Below, piece after piece: positions 1 through 8,576 of a stretch of 53,295 nucleotides of DNA. Numbering within the stretch: position 1 is the stretch's first letter; each line of letters opens with the position of its first letter. The notes under the pieces are model-generated. The model made no database searches. It saw only the letters and a program-made list of their open reading frames with translations, and was not told the DNA's origin. The translations under genes and the position numbers were made by a program. The DNA is taken from the NCBI GenBank assembly GCA_017450325.1, contig JAFSVB010000183.1, positions 1 through 53,295 on the forward strand, read 5' to 3'. Source of the stretch: Bacilli bacterium. GTDB taxonomy: Bacteria > Bacillota_I > Bacilli_A > RFN20 > CAG-826.

Positions 1-239
1 GGGGCGACTTCGATGTTGATCTTGCCGGCGATGAATGGATAAAAGCCGTTATAGATCGCTCCGCCGATCGGTCCATCGCGGTATACCTGCGCGAGCCATT
101 TCGATAAGAATATGGCGAGGATGATTGAGGCAGCGACCAGGATGATCCAGGATAAGGTCTTGAACGCGCCACGCCAGAAGCCAATCAAGGCGGTAAGGGC
201 GAGGACGACGATGAAGATTACCGTAATGTAGTCAAACAT
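1..239 (-). CDS. CvpA-family integral membrane protein, N-terminal ~79 codons; the gene runs off the left edge
   Basis: Absent from the ORF track because the edge truncates it. Reverse-strand ATG at 239-237 gives MFDYITVIFIVVLALTALIGFWRGAFKTLSWIILVAASIILAIF... This helix / GFxRG / helix N-terminus is typical of colicin-V-production (CvpA) proteins. The frame stays open to position 1. Confidence 0.5.
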   Translation of the reverse strand, partial: MFDYITVIFIVVLALTALIGFWRGAFKTLSWIILVAASIILAIFLSKWLAQVYRDGPIGGAIYNGFYPFIAGKINIEVA

Positions 240-404
240 GGGTTCTTCCTCCGAATTGAGATAAGAATACCGCATTATCCCAAAAACGGCGCAAAAATCG
301 ATATTTTAAAGGAAAATATGTGGTTTTTGCGAAGATTTTGATAATTCAGCATTTTAGTGATTGTGAATATTCGTCATCCATCACGGAAAAGAAAATCTCC
401 TCTG

Positions 405-431
405 GGCAAATTAATCTTTTCTTGATTTGCC
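405..431. repeat. Perfect 7-bp inverted repeat GGCAAAT-N13-ATTTGCC just upstream of the ABC exporter RBS
   Basis: Read directly: GGCAAAT at 405-411 and ATTTGCC at 425-431. GAGGG at 432-436 and GTG 445 follow. Function (operator or leader hairpin) is unknown. Confidence 0.5.
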
Positions 432-444
432 GAGGGACTAAAAT

Positions 445-2241
445 GTGGCGATGAGTTCTTTAGGCAAAACCACAAAAGTCATGCTGAAGGGATGCTGGGG
501 CGTCTATATTGCCTCCTTTATCTTTCAGTTTCTAATGACGTTGCTGACGGTTTTTACTACCTTCTTGTCCAAAGTGCTCGTCGATGCTTTGAACCACGAA
601 CTTGAGCGCGCGGAGTTCCTAGAGTCCTGGGTCATTCAGTTGCTGTCCCGAGGGCAGGGCCCGCAATATATCTATGATCATATGACCATCTTGCCGACCG
701 CCGTTCTCATCTTGGCGCTGGTCACCGTCGCGATTAGCTATTTCCGCTTTTCTTTGCGCGCGAATGCCTCTAGCCGCATCAACAAGCAAATGCAGCTGGC
801 GCTGTTTCACCATTTAGAAAAACTACCTTTCGCTGTGTTCAAGACGGAGAAAAGCGGCGACCTTATTCAGACCTGCACCCGCGACGTGGATGTCGTCCGC
901 CAGTTCCTGGTTATGTTCTTATCGCAGATTACTTATACGATCTTCATTGTCGTCCTATGCTTCTCCATCTTATTTGAAATCTCTTGGAAGCTGACACTTG
1001 TGTCGCTTGCGATGTTCCCGATCATGTTCGTCTATTCTTTCTTCTTGATTAAGGAAGTCCGCAATCGCTTCCGCAAAACGGACGATAGCGAGGCGGAGCT
1101 TGTCGACGCGATTACGCAGAATCTTAACGGCGTGCGCTTGGTGAAGGCCTATAATGCCGAGACGCGCGAAATCGAGCGCTTTGAGGGGCGCCTGAAACAT
1201 TATTCAGCGGCTTTCCGCAGAGAAAAACGGCTTTCTGCGTTCTTTTTCTCCAGCTCGGACATCTTCATTTTCGCCAGTCGATCCGTCGCGATCGTCTACG
1301 CGATCTTCCTTGTGTTCAAAGGAGAAATCACCTCTGGATCCGTCTTCGTCTCTTATACATTCGTCAACATGATGGTATGGCCGCTTCGTAACACCGCAAC
1401 CAACCTTTCGCGCCTTGGGCAAACTCTGGCGGCTACGGATCGCATCCAACGGCTGCTGGAGATCGTTCCGGAGGACTTGGATGAAGGCGAAAGCGTCGTC
1501 GCCCGTGGGGACATCGAGTTCCGCAACGTTTCCTTTGCCTACCCGGACGAACCGGAGAAAGTCGTCATCCATGATGTTTCTTTCCGCGTCCCCAAAGGCT
1601 CCAGCGTCGCCATCATGGGCAAGACCGGTTCCGGAAAGTCGACGCTTTTTCAGTTGCTCACGGGCCTTTACCGTCCCACCGAAGGCCAGATTCTGCTCGA
1701 TGGAAAGGACATTTCAACGCTTTCTCTTCGGAGTCTTCGCCATAACGTCGTTCCCGTCCTACAGGACCCGTTCCTTTTCTCAAAGTCCATCTCGGAGAAC
1801 ATCAAAATCGCGAACAAAGACGCGAGCGAGGACGATATCCGCAACGCCGCGCGCATTGCTTCCCTTGACCAAGCCATCGAATCGTTCGGCGATGGATATG
1901 ACACGGCCGTCGGCGAAAAAGGCGTCACTCTTTCCGGCGGTCAAAAGCAGCGTCTTGCCATCGCCCGTACGGTCCTTTCTGGCGCGCCCGTGCTGCTTTT
2001 CGATGACTCGCTTTCTGCGGTGGACGCCCAGACGGATTTCGCGATTCGGCGCGAATTGAAGGCGCTTGGCTCTCGCTGCACCACCTTGATTATTACCCAC
2101 CGCGTTTCCACGGCAAAGGACGCGGATGTCATTTTCGTCCTGGAGAAGGGAAGAATCGTGGAGAGCGGCACGAATGAAGAACTGCTCGCTGGAAAAGGGC
2201 TATACGCTCGCGTTGCGGACATTCAATCCGCGATGCAATAA
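445..2241 (+). CDS. ABC exporter, fused permease/ATPase; the subunit with a degenerate Walker B (heterodimer partner 1)
   Basis: 598-aa ORF with an N-terminal 6-TM exporter domain. The NBD has Walker A GKTGSGKST, Q-loop VLQDP, signature LSGGQKQRLAIAR, Walker B LLFDD (Asp where the catalytic Glu normally sits) and H-loop ITHR. GAGGG lies 8 nt before GTG 445; ATG 451 is an alternative start. Confidence 0.9.
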   Translation: MAMSSLGKTTKVMLKGCWGVYIASFIFQFLMTLLTVFTTFLSKVLVDALNHELERAEFLESWVIQLLSRGQGPQYIYDHMTILPTAVLILALVTVAISYFRFSLRANASSRINKQMQLALFHHLEKLPFAVFKTEKSGDLIQTCTRDVDVVRQFLVMFLSQITYTIFIVVLCFSILFEISWKLTLVSLAMFPIMFVYSFFLIKEVRNRFRKTDDSEAELVDAITQNLNGVRLVKAYNAETREIERFEGRLKHYSAAFRREKRLSAFFFSSSDIFIFASRSVAIVYAIFLVFKGEITSGSVFVSYTFVNMMVWPLRNTATNLSRLGQTLAATDRIQRLLEIVPEDLDEGESVVARGDIEFRNVSFAYPDEPEKVVIHDVSFRVPKGSSVAIMGKTGSGKSTLFQLLTGLYRPTEGQILLDGKDISTLSLRSLRHNVVPVLQDPFLFSKSISENIKIANKDASEDDIRNAARIASLDQAIESFGDGYDTAVGEKGVTLSGGQKQRLAIARTVLSGAPVLLFDDSLSAVDAQTDFAIRRELKALGSRCTTLIITHRVSTAKDADVIFVLEKGRIVESGTNEELLAGKGLYARVADIQSAMQ

Positions 2242-2255
2242 GAAAGGAGGGGACC

Positions 2256-4190
2256 ATGGCAAGAGGCAGAGGTCGATTTGAAGAAGAACCGCTTCCAGAG
2301 AAACTGAACTTTTCGGTCTGGGTCGATATCGGTCGATATGCGCTTCGGCATTGGAAGATTCTGCTCGCGGGGCTTCTATGCACCGTTTTCGTCACCTTCT
2401 ATGACTCTTCTTTCGTTCCCGTTATGAACGCCGGGGCAATCGCAGCGGCAAATGGGCTTAGTTCTGCGGGGATTTCCGATATAAACGATCTTGTTGTCCC
2501 CGTCACATTTATCTTTGGTATCCACGTTGATTTCAGCTTCGTTTCCTATGCGGTGACGCTCGGGGTGATGATCGTGCTCCGTTCGGTCTTCATCTTCTTG
2601 ACGTTCTATACGACCAACTTGCTTTCCATGCACATCATGACGGATTTGCGCAGGGACTGCTTCAGTAAAATCCAAAACCTTTCGTTCTCCTATTTTGACC
2701 GTAACTCATCGGGTTGGCTCATCTCGCGTCTTCAAAGCGATACTTCTTCTATTGGCGATATTCTTTCCTGGTCGCTTAATAATGTGCTTTGGTCGGTGTT
2801 CCAGATTATCTTCGCCTTGCTGACGATGTTCTCGATTCACGTGTGGATGTCGTTGGTGGTCTTGGCTTCTTTGCCTTTCGTCGCCTTCATCACCCCGTTA
2901 TTCGAAAAGGCGATTCTCAAGGCCCACCGCACTGCGCGTAATGCCTACTCCCATTATGTGGGCTATCTTGCCGAAAGCATCGATGGCGCGAAGACGGTAA
3001 AGACCCTTGGCATCGAGGACGATGTCTATGAAGAGGCCGAGGCCATCACGGAAGACGTGCGGGCAAAGCGACTCTTCGCGGGTAAGCTCAACGCGGGATA
3101 TATTCCTTTGCTCGCCCTTACGAGCCAAGTGATGACCGCCGTTGTCATGTTCGTCGGACTCGCTTGGATTGGCGACCCTTCCTTTGCCGTCAACGCGGCC
3201 CTCGTCGTCTTGTTCTTAAGTTTCGTCGGCTCGATTTACGATCCGATTTCTTCCATCGCTGAGGTCATGACCGAGTTCATGGCGGCTCAGGCTGGGGCCG
3301 AGAAAGTCATGGGGTTGCTCAACGAGAAGATCGAGATCGTCGACTCTCCCGAAGTCCTTGCCAAATACGGTACGGTCCTAGAGCCCAAACCCGAGGCATA
3401 TGAACCCTTCCGAGGCGATATCACCTATGAGAATGTATCCTTCCATTACCAGACGGGACCGGAAGTCATCTTCCCGCTGAACCTTACGATTCAGGAAGGA
3501 ACCTCCGTCGCCCTCGTCGGGGAGACGGGTTCGGGCAAGACGACATTGGTCAATTTGCTTTGCCGTTTCTATGAACCGACGGGCGGGCGGATCCTCATTG
3601 ATGGAAAGGACTATAGGGATCGTTCTTTGGGTTGGCTCCGCAGCAACATCGGCTATGTACAGCAATCCCCGTTTGTATGGAATGGAACCTATTTTGAGAA
3701 CATCGCTTACGGTAAGCCTGGCGCGACCCTAGAAGAAGTGCGCGCTGCGGCGAAGCTCGTCGGCATCGACGACTTCATCATGGAGTCCAAAGACGGGTAC
3801 GACACCTATCTTCGCGATGGTGGTGGCATGCTCTCGCAAGGGCAGAAGCAGCTGATTTCCTTCGCCCGCGCTATTCTTCGCGATCCGCGCGTCCTCATTC
3901 TGGACGAGGCGACTTCCTCCATCGATACCGAGACGGAAGCAGAAGTCCAAAAAGCCCTCAACGCTTTGCTGAAAGGCCGTACCAGCATCGTCATCGCCCA
4001 TAGACTCTCCACGATCGTCAATAGCGACCGCATTCTCTTCCTTGAACACGGCGTCATCGTGGAAGATGGAACGCACAAAGAACTTCTCGCGAAGAAGGGA
4101 AAATACCATAGTCTCTATATGACGCAGTTCCAGCAGTTAAGCGTCGGCGAGCAGATCGACCGTTTTGAGAAAGAGACGGTCAATGTGTAA
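2256..4190 (+). CDS. ABC exporter, fused permease/ATPase; the subunit with a canonical Walker B and non-canonical signature (heterodimer partner 2)
   Basis: 644-aa ORF starting 15 nt after the upstream stop, with AAGGAGG before the ATG. Motifs: Walker A GETGSGKTT, signature LSQGQKQLISFAR (not LSGGQ), Walker B LILDEATSSID, H-loop IAHR. Confidence 0.9.
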   Translation: MARGRGRFEEEPLPEKLNFSVWVDIGRYALRHWKILLAGLLCTVFVTFYDSSFVPVMNAGAIAAANGLSSAGISDINDLVVPVTFIFGIHVDFSFVSYAVTLGVMIVLRSVFIFLTFYTTNLLSMHIMTDLRRDCFSKIQNLSFSYFDRNSSGWLISRLQSDTSSIGDILSWSLNNVLWSVFQIIFALLTMFSIHVWMSLVVLASLPFVAFITPLFEKAILKAHRTARNAYSHYVGYLAESIDGAKTVKTLGIEDDVYEEAEAITEDVRAKRLFAGKLNAGYIPLLALTSQVMTAVVMFVGLAWIGDPSFAVNAALVVLFLSFVGSIYDPISSIAEVMTEFMAAQAGAEKVMGLLNEKIEIVDSPEVLAKYGTVLEPKPEAYEPFRGDITYENVSFHYQTGPEVIFPLNLTIQEGTSVALVGETGSGKTTLVNLLCRFYEPTGGRILIDGKDYRDRSLGWLRSNIGYVQQSPFVWNGTYFENIAYGKPGATLEEVRAAAKLVGIDDFIMESKDGYDTYLRDGGGMLSQGQKQLISFARAILRDPRVLILDEATSSIDTETEAEVQKALNALLKGRTSIVIAHRLSTIVNSDRILFLEHGVIVEDGTHKELLAKKGKYHSLYMTQFQQLSVGEQIDRFEKETVNV

Positions 4191-4343
4191 GGCATAATTT
4201 ACCCGTTTTTCAAAACCAGAGCGTTTCTGCGGTGATTTTTTGGAATCTTTCTATTTCAGACGTTGTTCATAGGCGTTGATTTTAGGAGCCGTAACGACCG
4301 TATTTAGCACGAAATATCTACGATATAATTCGTCATCGTCTTA

Positions 4344-4371
4344 TTGAAATATATGAATGGAACGATACAAT
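4344..4371 (+). promoter_or_regulatory. Sigma-70-type promoter for mscL (TTGAAA-N16-TACAAT)
   Basis: TTGAAA at 4344-4349, a 16-nt spacer, TACAAT at 4366-4371, then AAGGAGG at 4383-4389 and ATG 4404. The intergenic region is AT-rich. Confidence 0.5.
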
Positions 4372-4403
4372 TTCTATATCTTCAAGGAGGATAGAAAAAC
4401 TAT

Positions 4404-5117
4404 ATGACTAAAGAAGAAAAAGCCGCACGCAAAGCCGCGCGGAAGAATGCTGGAAAAGGCATTTGGAACGAATTCAAGGCGTTCATTAACCGTGGCAACG
4501 CCTTCATGCTCGCCGTTGGCGTCGTCATCGGCGGTGCGTTCTCCGCGATCGTCAATGCGTTCGTCGGCATGCTCACCTCGGTTGCGACTTGGCCGGTTCC
4601 AGGAGGCCTTAAGGGACTCGTTACGGTTCTCCCCGCGCTGACCGATGCGCAAAAAGGCGCCGCCTTCCTTCATGAGGGCGCGACCATCAACCGCCAGTTC
4701 TTCAGCATGGCCGAAGCCAATGACATGGTCATCGAATTCGCGGCCGCCCAGGGCAAAACCGGCTTGACCGTCGAATCCGCGGACTTCATCCAGTGGAAGA
4801 ACTCGCTCCTCTCCCTCTATGATCTCCATGGCACCACCTTCACTTCAAAGATGTCCGCCATCATCGACTGGGGTACCCTCATCAACGCGATCATCTCCTT
4901 CATCATCATCGCCGTCGTTCTCTTCATCATCGTGAAGGCCTCCAACGCCGCCGCTGCCAAGAAGGCCGAACTCGACGCCAAAGCTAAGGAAATCTACTAT
5001 CAGAAGCATCCCGAAGAGCGCCCGGTCGAACCCGAGCCCGAGGCACCGAAGCCAACTCAGGAAGAACTCCTCACTGGAATCCTTGCCGAGCTTAAGAAAC
5101 AAAACGCCGGAAAGTAA
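4404..5117 (+). CDS. mscL: Large-conductance mechanosensitive channel MscL, expanded form (237 aa)
   Basis: The N-terminus FKAFINRGNAFMLAVGVVIGGAFSAIVNAFV matches the MscL S1/TM1 signature. IIDWGTLINAIISFIIIAVVLFIIVK matches TM2. A loop of about 90 aa separates them, and there is a charged A/K/E/P-rich C-terminal tail. Confidence 0.85.
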   Translation: MTKEEKAARKAARKNAGKGIWNEFKAFINRGNAFMLAVGVVIGGAFSAIVNAFVGMLTSVATWPVPGGLKGLVTVLPALTDAQKGAAFLHEGATINRQFFSMAEANDMVIEFAAAQGKTGLTVESADFIQWKNSLLSLYDLHGTTFTSKMSAIIDWGTLINAIISFIIIAVVLFIIVKASNAAAAKKAELDAKAKEIYYQKHPEERPVEPEPEAPKPTQEELLTGILAELKKQNAGK

Positions 5118-5132
5118 GCTTTTCGCAAGAAT

Positions 5133-5165
5133 AACGAACGTGGATCGTACTACGTTCGTTTTTTC
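5133..5165 (+). terminator. Rho-independent terminator after mscL
   Basis: Perfect 9-bp stem AACGAACGT (5133-5141) / ACGTTCGTT (5152-5160), a 10-nt loop, then a T-run. Confidence 0.8.
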
Positions 5166-5192
5166 TTGCGCGTATTCGTGTAGAATACCTGC

Positions 5193-6266
5193 ATGCCTAA
5201 CTATGAATTTGAGTATATAGAGAACTTCCGCGATTTCGCGGCCTATCCTTGCCGCTATGGGGAGATGACGAAGGGCGTTATCTTCCGCAGCGCATCGATA
5301 TCCTATGCGACCGAAAAAGACATTAAGGCCCTGCTTTCCCTTGGCATCCGCTCGGAAATCGACCTTCGCGGGGCTCGCATGTGGGAGAAACTACCCTCTC
5401 CCTTAAAAGAACGAGGAGTCGAGGTGGTGGAGATTGAAATTCCCTTCTCCGACCGTTTTGCGACCAAGGAGGAGGACGTGCCCTCTTGGTATCTGAATCT
5501 CGCCTCCGATCCCTATTGCGTCCGCAAGTTGTGCCAGGCGATCATTCGTTTGCCAAAGCCGCTGCTGTTACATTGCGATGCGGGGAAGGACCGCACGGGA
5601 ACCTTCGGGGCGCTGTTGCTGCTTGCTAATGGCGTCTCCCGCAAAGACGCTGCCGATAGCTATAACGAATCGTATCGCGGTCATTTGTCTAAGACGGAAA
5701 TGCGCACAAAGGAAAAGTATCCCGACCTTCCGGATTATGTTTTTCATATGAACGAGGGCACGATTGAGAAGTTCCTGGATCTCTTCTATGAAAAATACGG
5801 TTCCATCGAGGAATATTTGGAATGCATGGGGCTCAACGATTCAGAAATCGACGCCCTCTCCAACATCTTTGGAAAGCAAGAAACATCTGCCGGAGCCGTT
5901 GTATTCCACGACAAGAAGGTTTTGCTCGAGCACATGAAGATGGGACATTACTCCATGCCTAAGGGACACGTTGAGGAAAGCGACTTGAATCTTGAAGAGA
6001 CCGCCATACGCGAAATACGCGAAGAGACGGGTCTTGATGCGACGATTCTCGATGGCTTCCACAAAGAATCCGTTTTCTCGCCAAGGCCAGGAGCCATTAA
6101 ACGCGTCCATTGGTTTGTGGCTACCGTCGAAGGCGAGAAGACGGTCGTTCAACCGGAAGAAGTAAGTGAAATCTATTTCCTTTCGCCTGAGGACGCCCTA
6201 CGTGTTTTGACGCATGATTCCGACCGCGAAATATTAACCGAAGCCTGCAATTTCTATTTCAAATAA
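5193..6266 (+). CDS. Fusion protein: PTP-like (Y_phosphatase3-type, CX5R) phosphatase domain plus NUDIX hydrolase domain
   Basis: The N-terminal ~225 aa have NFRDF...VIFRSAS...EIDLRG and the active-site loop HCDAGKDRTG (CX5R). The C-terminal ~125 aa have the Nudix box GHVEESDLNLEETAIREIREETGL preceded by YSMPKGH, which resembles Ap4A-hydrolase-type Nudix proteins. Confidence 0.8.
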   Translation: MPNYEFEYIENFRDFAAYPCRYGEMTKGVIFRSASISYATEKDIKALLSLGIRSEIDLRGARMWEKLPSPLKERGVEVVEIEIPFSDRFATKEEDVPSWYLNLASDPYCVRKLCQAIIRLPKPLLLHCDAGKDRTGTFGALLLLANGVSRKDAADSYNESYRGHLSKTEMRTKEKYPDLPDYVFHMNEGTIEKFLDLFYEKYGSIEEYLECMGLNDSEIDALSNIFGKQETSAGAVVFHDKKVLLEHMKMGHYSMPKGHVEESDLNLEETAIREIREETGLDATILDGFHKESVFSPRPGAIKRVHWFVATVEGEKTVVQPEEVSEIYFLSPEDALRVLTHDSDREILTEACNFYFK

Positions 6267-6267
6267 A

Positions 6268-6289
6268 CCGTTTTTGCAGAGAAAAACGG
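6268..6289. terminator. Bidirectional terminator hairpin between convergent genes
   Basis: CCGTTTTT (6268-6275) / AAAAACGG (6282-6289), 8-bp perfect stem, loop GCAGAG. The A/T runs are built into the stem flanks on both strands. Confidence 0.6.
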
Positions 6290-6302
6290 AAAAATGCGAA
6301 GA

Positions 6303-7208
6303 TTATTCTCCGTAAATGCAGCGCGCGATATGAGCGGCATACTTTTCCGCAACATTGATTTTGGTAATCTCTTCTGCCCCGCGCATAAAAGCGTTGGAGT
6401 TGACTTCACAAAGGATGGGATCTTCTGGGTCGCCGGATTCGAGTAGGTCGACGCCGCAATAGTCTAGTCCAAGCGCTCTGGCTGCTTTTTCGGCGATGGC
6501 AATCTGACTTTCGGACATTTGATGTGGCTCGCCGATTCCGCCTTGGGCGAGGTTGCTACGGAAGTCACCGTTTAAGTTGCGTCGCACATATCCCGCGACG
6601 AATGTTCCGTTGACGACGATGAGACGGTAGTCGAAGCCTTTTGCAGCCTCAACGAATTCCTGAAAAAGGTGTGCTTTATCTTGGAGCCCCGCTTCCATGG
6701 CCTTGAGTTCGGCGATGTCTTTCACGAGCATGACGCCCGATCCCTGAGACCCGAAGTTCGCTTTCGCGACGAGCGGAAAAGACAAATTAAGCGATACCGT
6801 GTGCAGGAAATCATCGTTTTTAGGCGTGGCATAACATAGGGGGGACGTGATGGTCTTCGGCATATGGATGCCATACCCGCTTAATGCGATGTAGGTCTCC
6901 ATCTTGTCGTCGCAGAGCTCGATAGCTCTCGCCTTGTTAAATAGCCGGTATCCGCGCATCTCAAGCATCTTGGCGATGTAGCGGTCCTTGTCCAAATAAA
7001 GGATGAAGTCATAGGGTAGGGCGGTCGTGGAGACGCTGCCATCCGCTTGAAGAACCGCTTGGACCTCGGCGGCGTTCATGAGGTCTAAATCGATATGGAG
7101 AAAAGAAAATTCCTCCTTCATCCGTTCATGAAAGTGGCGGATAGAGGGATGGAGGGCATAAGCGTTAACGACCGTTAGGCCGCGACGATAATGAGCGGTG
7201 GCTGCCAT
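6303..7208 (-). CDS. RimK-family ATP-grasp ligase (alpha-L-glutamate ligase-like)
   Basis: 301 aa. ATP-grasp motifs: FPLVAKANFGSQGSGVMLV, FQEFVE...GFDYRLIVVNG, SNLAQGG, GLDYCGVDLL...CEVNSNA. Confidence 0.75.
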   Translation of the reverse strand: MAATAHYRRGLTVVNAYALHPSIRHFHERMKEEFSFLHIDLDLMNAAEVQAVLQADGSVSTTALPYDFILYLDKDRYIAKMLEMRGYRLFNKARAIELCDDKMETYIALSGYGIHMPKTITSPLCYATPKNDDFLHTVSLNLSFPLVAKANFGSQGSGVMLVKDIAELKAMEAGLQDKAHLFQEFVEAAKGFDYRLIVVNGTFVAGYVRRNLNGDFRSNLAQGGIGEPHQMSESQIAIAEKAARALGLDYCGVDLLESGDPEDPILCEVNSNAFMRGAEEITKINVAEKYAAHIARCIYGE

Positions 7209-7321
7209 GATCGGTGGAATTATAGCATCCCGCTTGGTATCGAGGGCCGAATATCGTCACCTCTAGTAGAGGAGGAAGCATGTGTGTGGCATCGCCAAGT
7301 CTTTTGCATTATCATTAGCCT

Positions 7322-7681
7322 ATGCAAAAAAGAACGAAATCACAGGAAGATTTTCTCGAAGCCCTCTTAATGCTGGAACAATCGGGGCAGCCGCTTGAGA
7401 CGACGCGCGTAGCAAAAATGCTCGGCATCTCCAAGCCCGCCGTCCACCAAATGGGCCATGAGTTGATCAATCGCGGCTGGATTACCCGCCGGGATTACGG
7501 CGACATGAAGCTTACCGAAGAAGGTCGTCTTATCGCTGAAAAGGTGTTGGAACGTCATCATGTTATAAAGCAGTTCCTGCTGGGACTTGGCGTCTCCGAA
7601 GAAGTCGCCGAACATGATTGTTGCTTGATGGAACACGTTCTCTCCGACGAGACCTTCGAGGCAATCAAAAGCAAACTATAA
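7322..7681 (+). CDS. DtxR/MntR-family metal-dependent transcriptional regulator (short form, 119 aa)
   Basis: SQEDFLEALLMLEQSG...TRVAKMLGISKPAVHQMGHELINRGWI (wHTH), then LTEEGRLIAEKVLERHHVIKQFL and EHDCCLMEHVLS (metal-site / dimerisation region). Confidence 0.8.
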   Translation: MQKRTKSQEDFLEALLMLEQSGQPLETTRVAKMLGISKPAVHQMGHELINRGWITRRDYGDMKLTEEGRLIAEKVLERHHVIKQFLLGLGVSEEVAEHDCCLMEHVLSDETFEAIKSKL

Positions 7682-7688
7682 AGAAAAC

Positions 7689-7708
7689 GCGGCCTCGGCC
7701 GCATTTTC
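7689..7708. terminator. Short GC hairpin plus T-run between convergent genes
   Basis: GCGGCC-TC-GGCCGC (7689-7702) followed by ATTTTC. It overlaps the stop of the minus-strand ORF. Confidence 0.45.
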
Positions 7709-8300
7709 AATTGCTTTTCTTCCGCAAGGGGCGCGTTACGTTCTCTCGGAGGCTGTGCCTTAGGTTTTTGGTTTCTTCCTCTGGCGTTCCCTTGCCCGCT
7801 GCCGCGAAGGCTTCGCCGATATCCAAGACCGATTCTTTAAGTTCCCTTAATGCGTTTTCGTTTTCGCTGATGCCGTTTTTGATGAGCAAGGCGATGACGG
7901 GTTCATAGAGGCGGTCAATCGGCTCTTTTAAGGTCGCGATCAATGCTTCGGCATCCTTCTCGGTGATGGTGCGCAAAGCCTTTTCATCACAAGGCATATC
8001 AATGCCCATCTTGACGGTGTAGGATTCAGCAAAATGGAGAATATCATACGCAAAAGTGCCATATTTTACGATAAAACGAACATGGCTCCTGCGGTCTTTT
8101 GGGCGGAGAATCGCGCTTTCAAGCAACGATAAGCCGATCTCCAAATCAAAGGGGAGCAAGATTCTACGGACGTCATGCTGAAGCGACGCCTTATCCTCTT
8201 CCGACATCTGGTCGAAAAGCGATGTGAGGATGTTCACGGCTGAGTCGTGGCTATCCTGCGCCGAGCGCAATACTTCAGAAAGATCCATCTGCGTTCCCAT
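7707..8300 (-). CDS. Hypothetical protein (no recognisable motif)
   Basis: ORF-track entry 7707..8402. I trimmed it to the ATG at 8300, which sits just after AAGGAG; the ATG at 8288 is also possible. The protein is helical and acidic, and is divergent from glnA. Confidence 0.5.
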   Translation of the reverse strand: MGTQMDLSEVLRSAQDSHDSAVNILTSLFDQMSEEDKASLQHDVRRILLPFDLEIGLSLLESAILRPKDRRSHVRFIVKYGTFAYDILHFAESYTVKMGIDMPCDEKALRTITEKDAEALIATLKEPIDRLYEPVIALLIKNGISENENALRELKESVLDIGEAFAAAGKGTPEEETKNLRHSLRENVTRPLRKKSN

Positions 8301-8576
8301 CTCCTTATTCCTATTTATTATAGGGCCGATGGCAAGCAACGTGGGCAAAGATTTGGAAATCGAGGAAGCGTCGTTTTCTTTCTGACCTCGAAAATCGCCC
8401 AATTTATGTCAATGAAACGCCAAAAATAACGACATGAAAGAAAATAAGGCACATTCTTACTCCTCAAAATATATCGATGAAATCTACATTTTATATTTTT
8501 ATTGGAGTAAAACCTTGCTTTATTTTCCTTTTAGAGCATACTTTTCAGCCGTATTGAGAATGTGAAAGGCAAAATC

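Noticed and set aside
357-376. TTGTGAATATTCGTCATCCA resembles the first half of a Rex operator (TTGTGAA-N6-TTCACAA). I also looked for Rex boxes upstream of the hydrogenase operon (39350-39514).
   Set aside because: The second half-site is missing at 357-376. No TTGTGAA/TTCACAA pair occurs upstream of the hydrogenase operon; only short GC hairpins are there (GCGCA-N6-TGCGC; GCCAC-N5-GTGGC).
8403-8576. Looked for a GlnR/TnrA box (TGTNA-N7-TNACA) or a riboswitch-like element upstream of glnA. Noticed ATGTC-N20-GACAT (about 8405-8434) and TGTGAAAGGCAAAATCA (8561-8577).
   Set aside because: Neither fits the 17-bp TnrA/GlnR consensus in spacing or in the second half-site. I cannot support a regulatory call from sequence alone.
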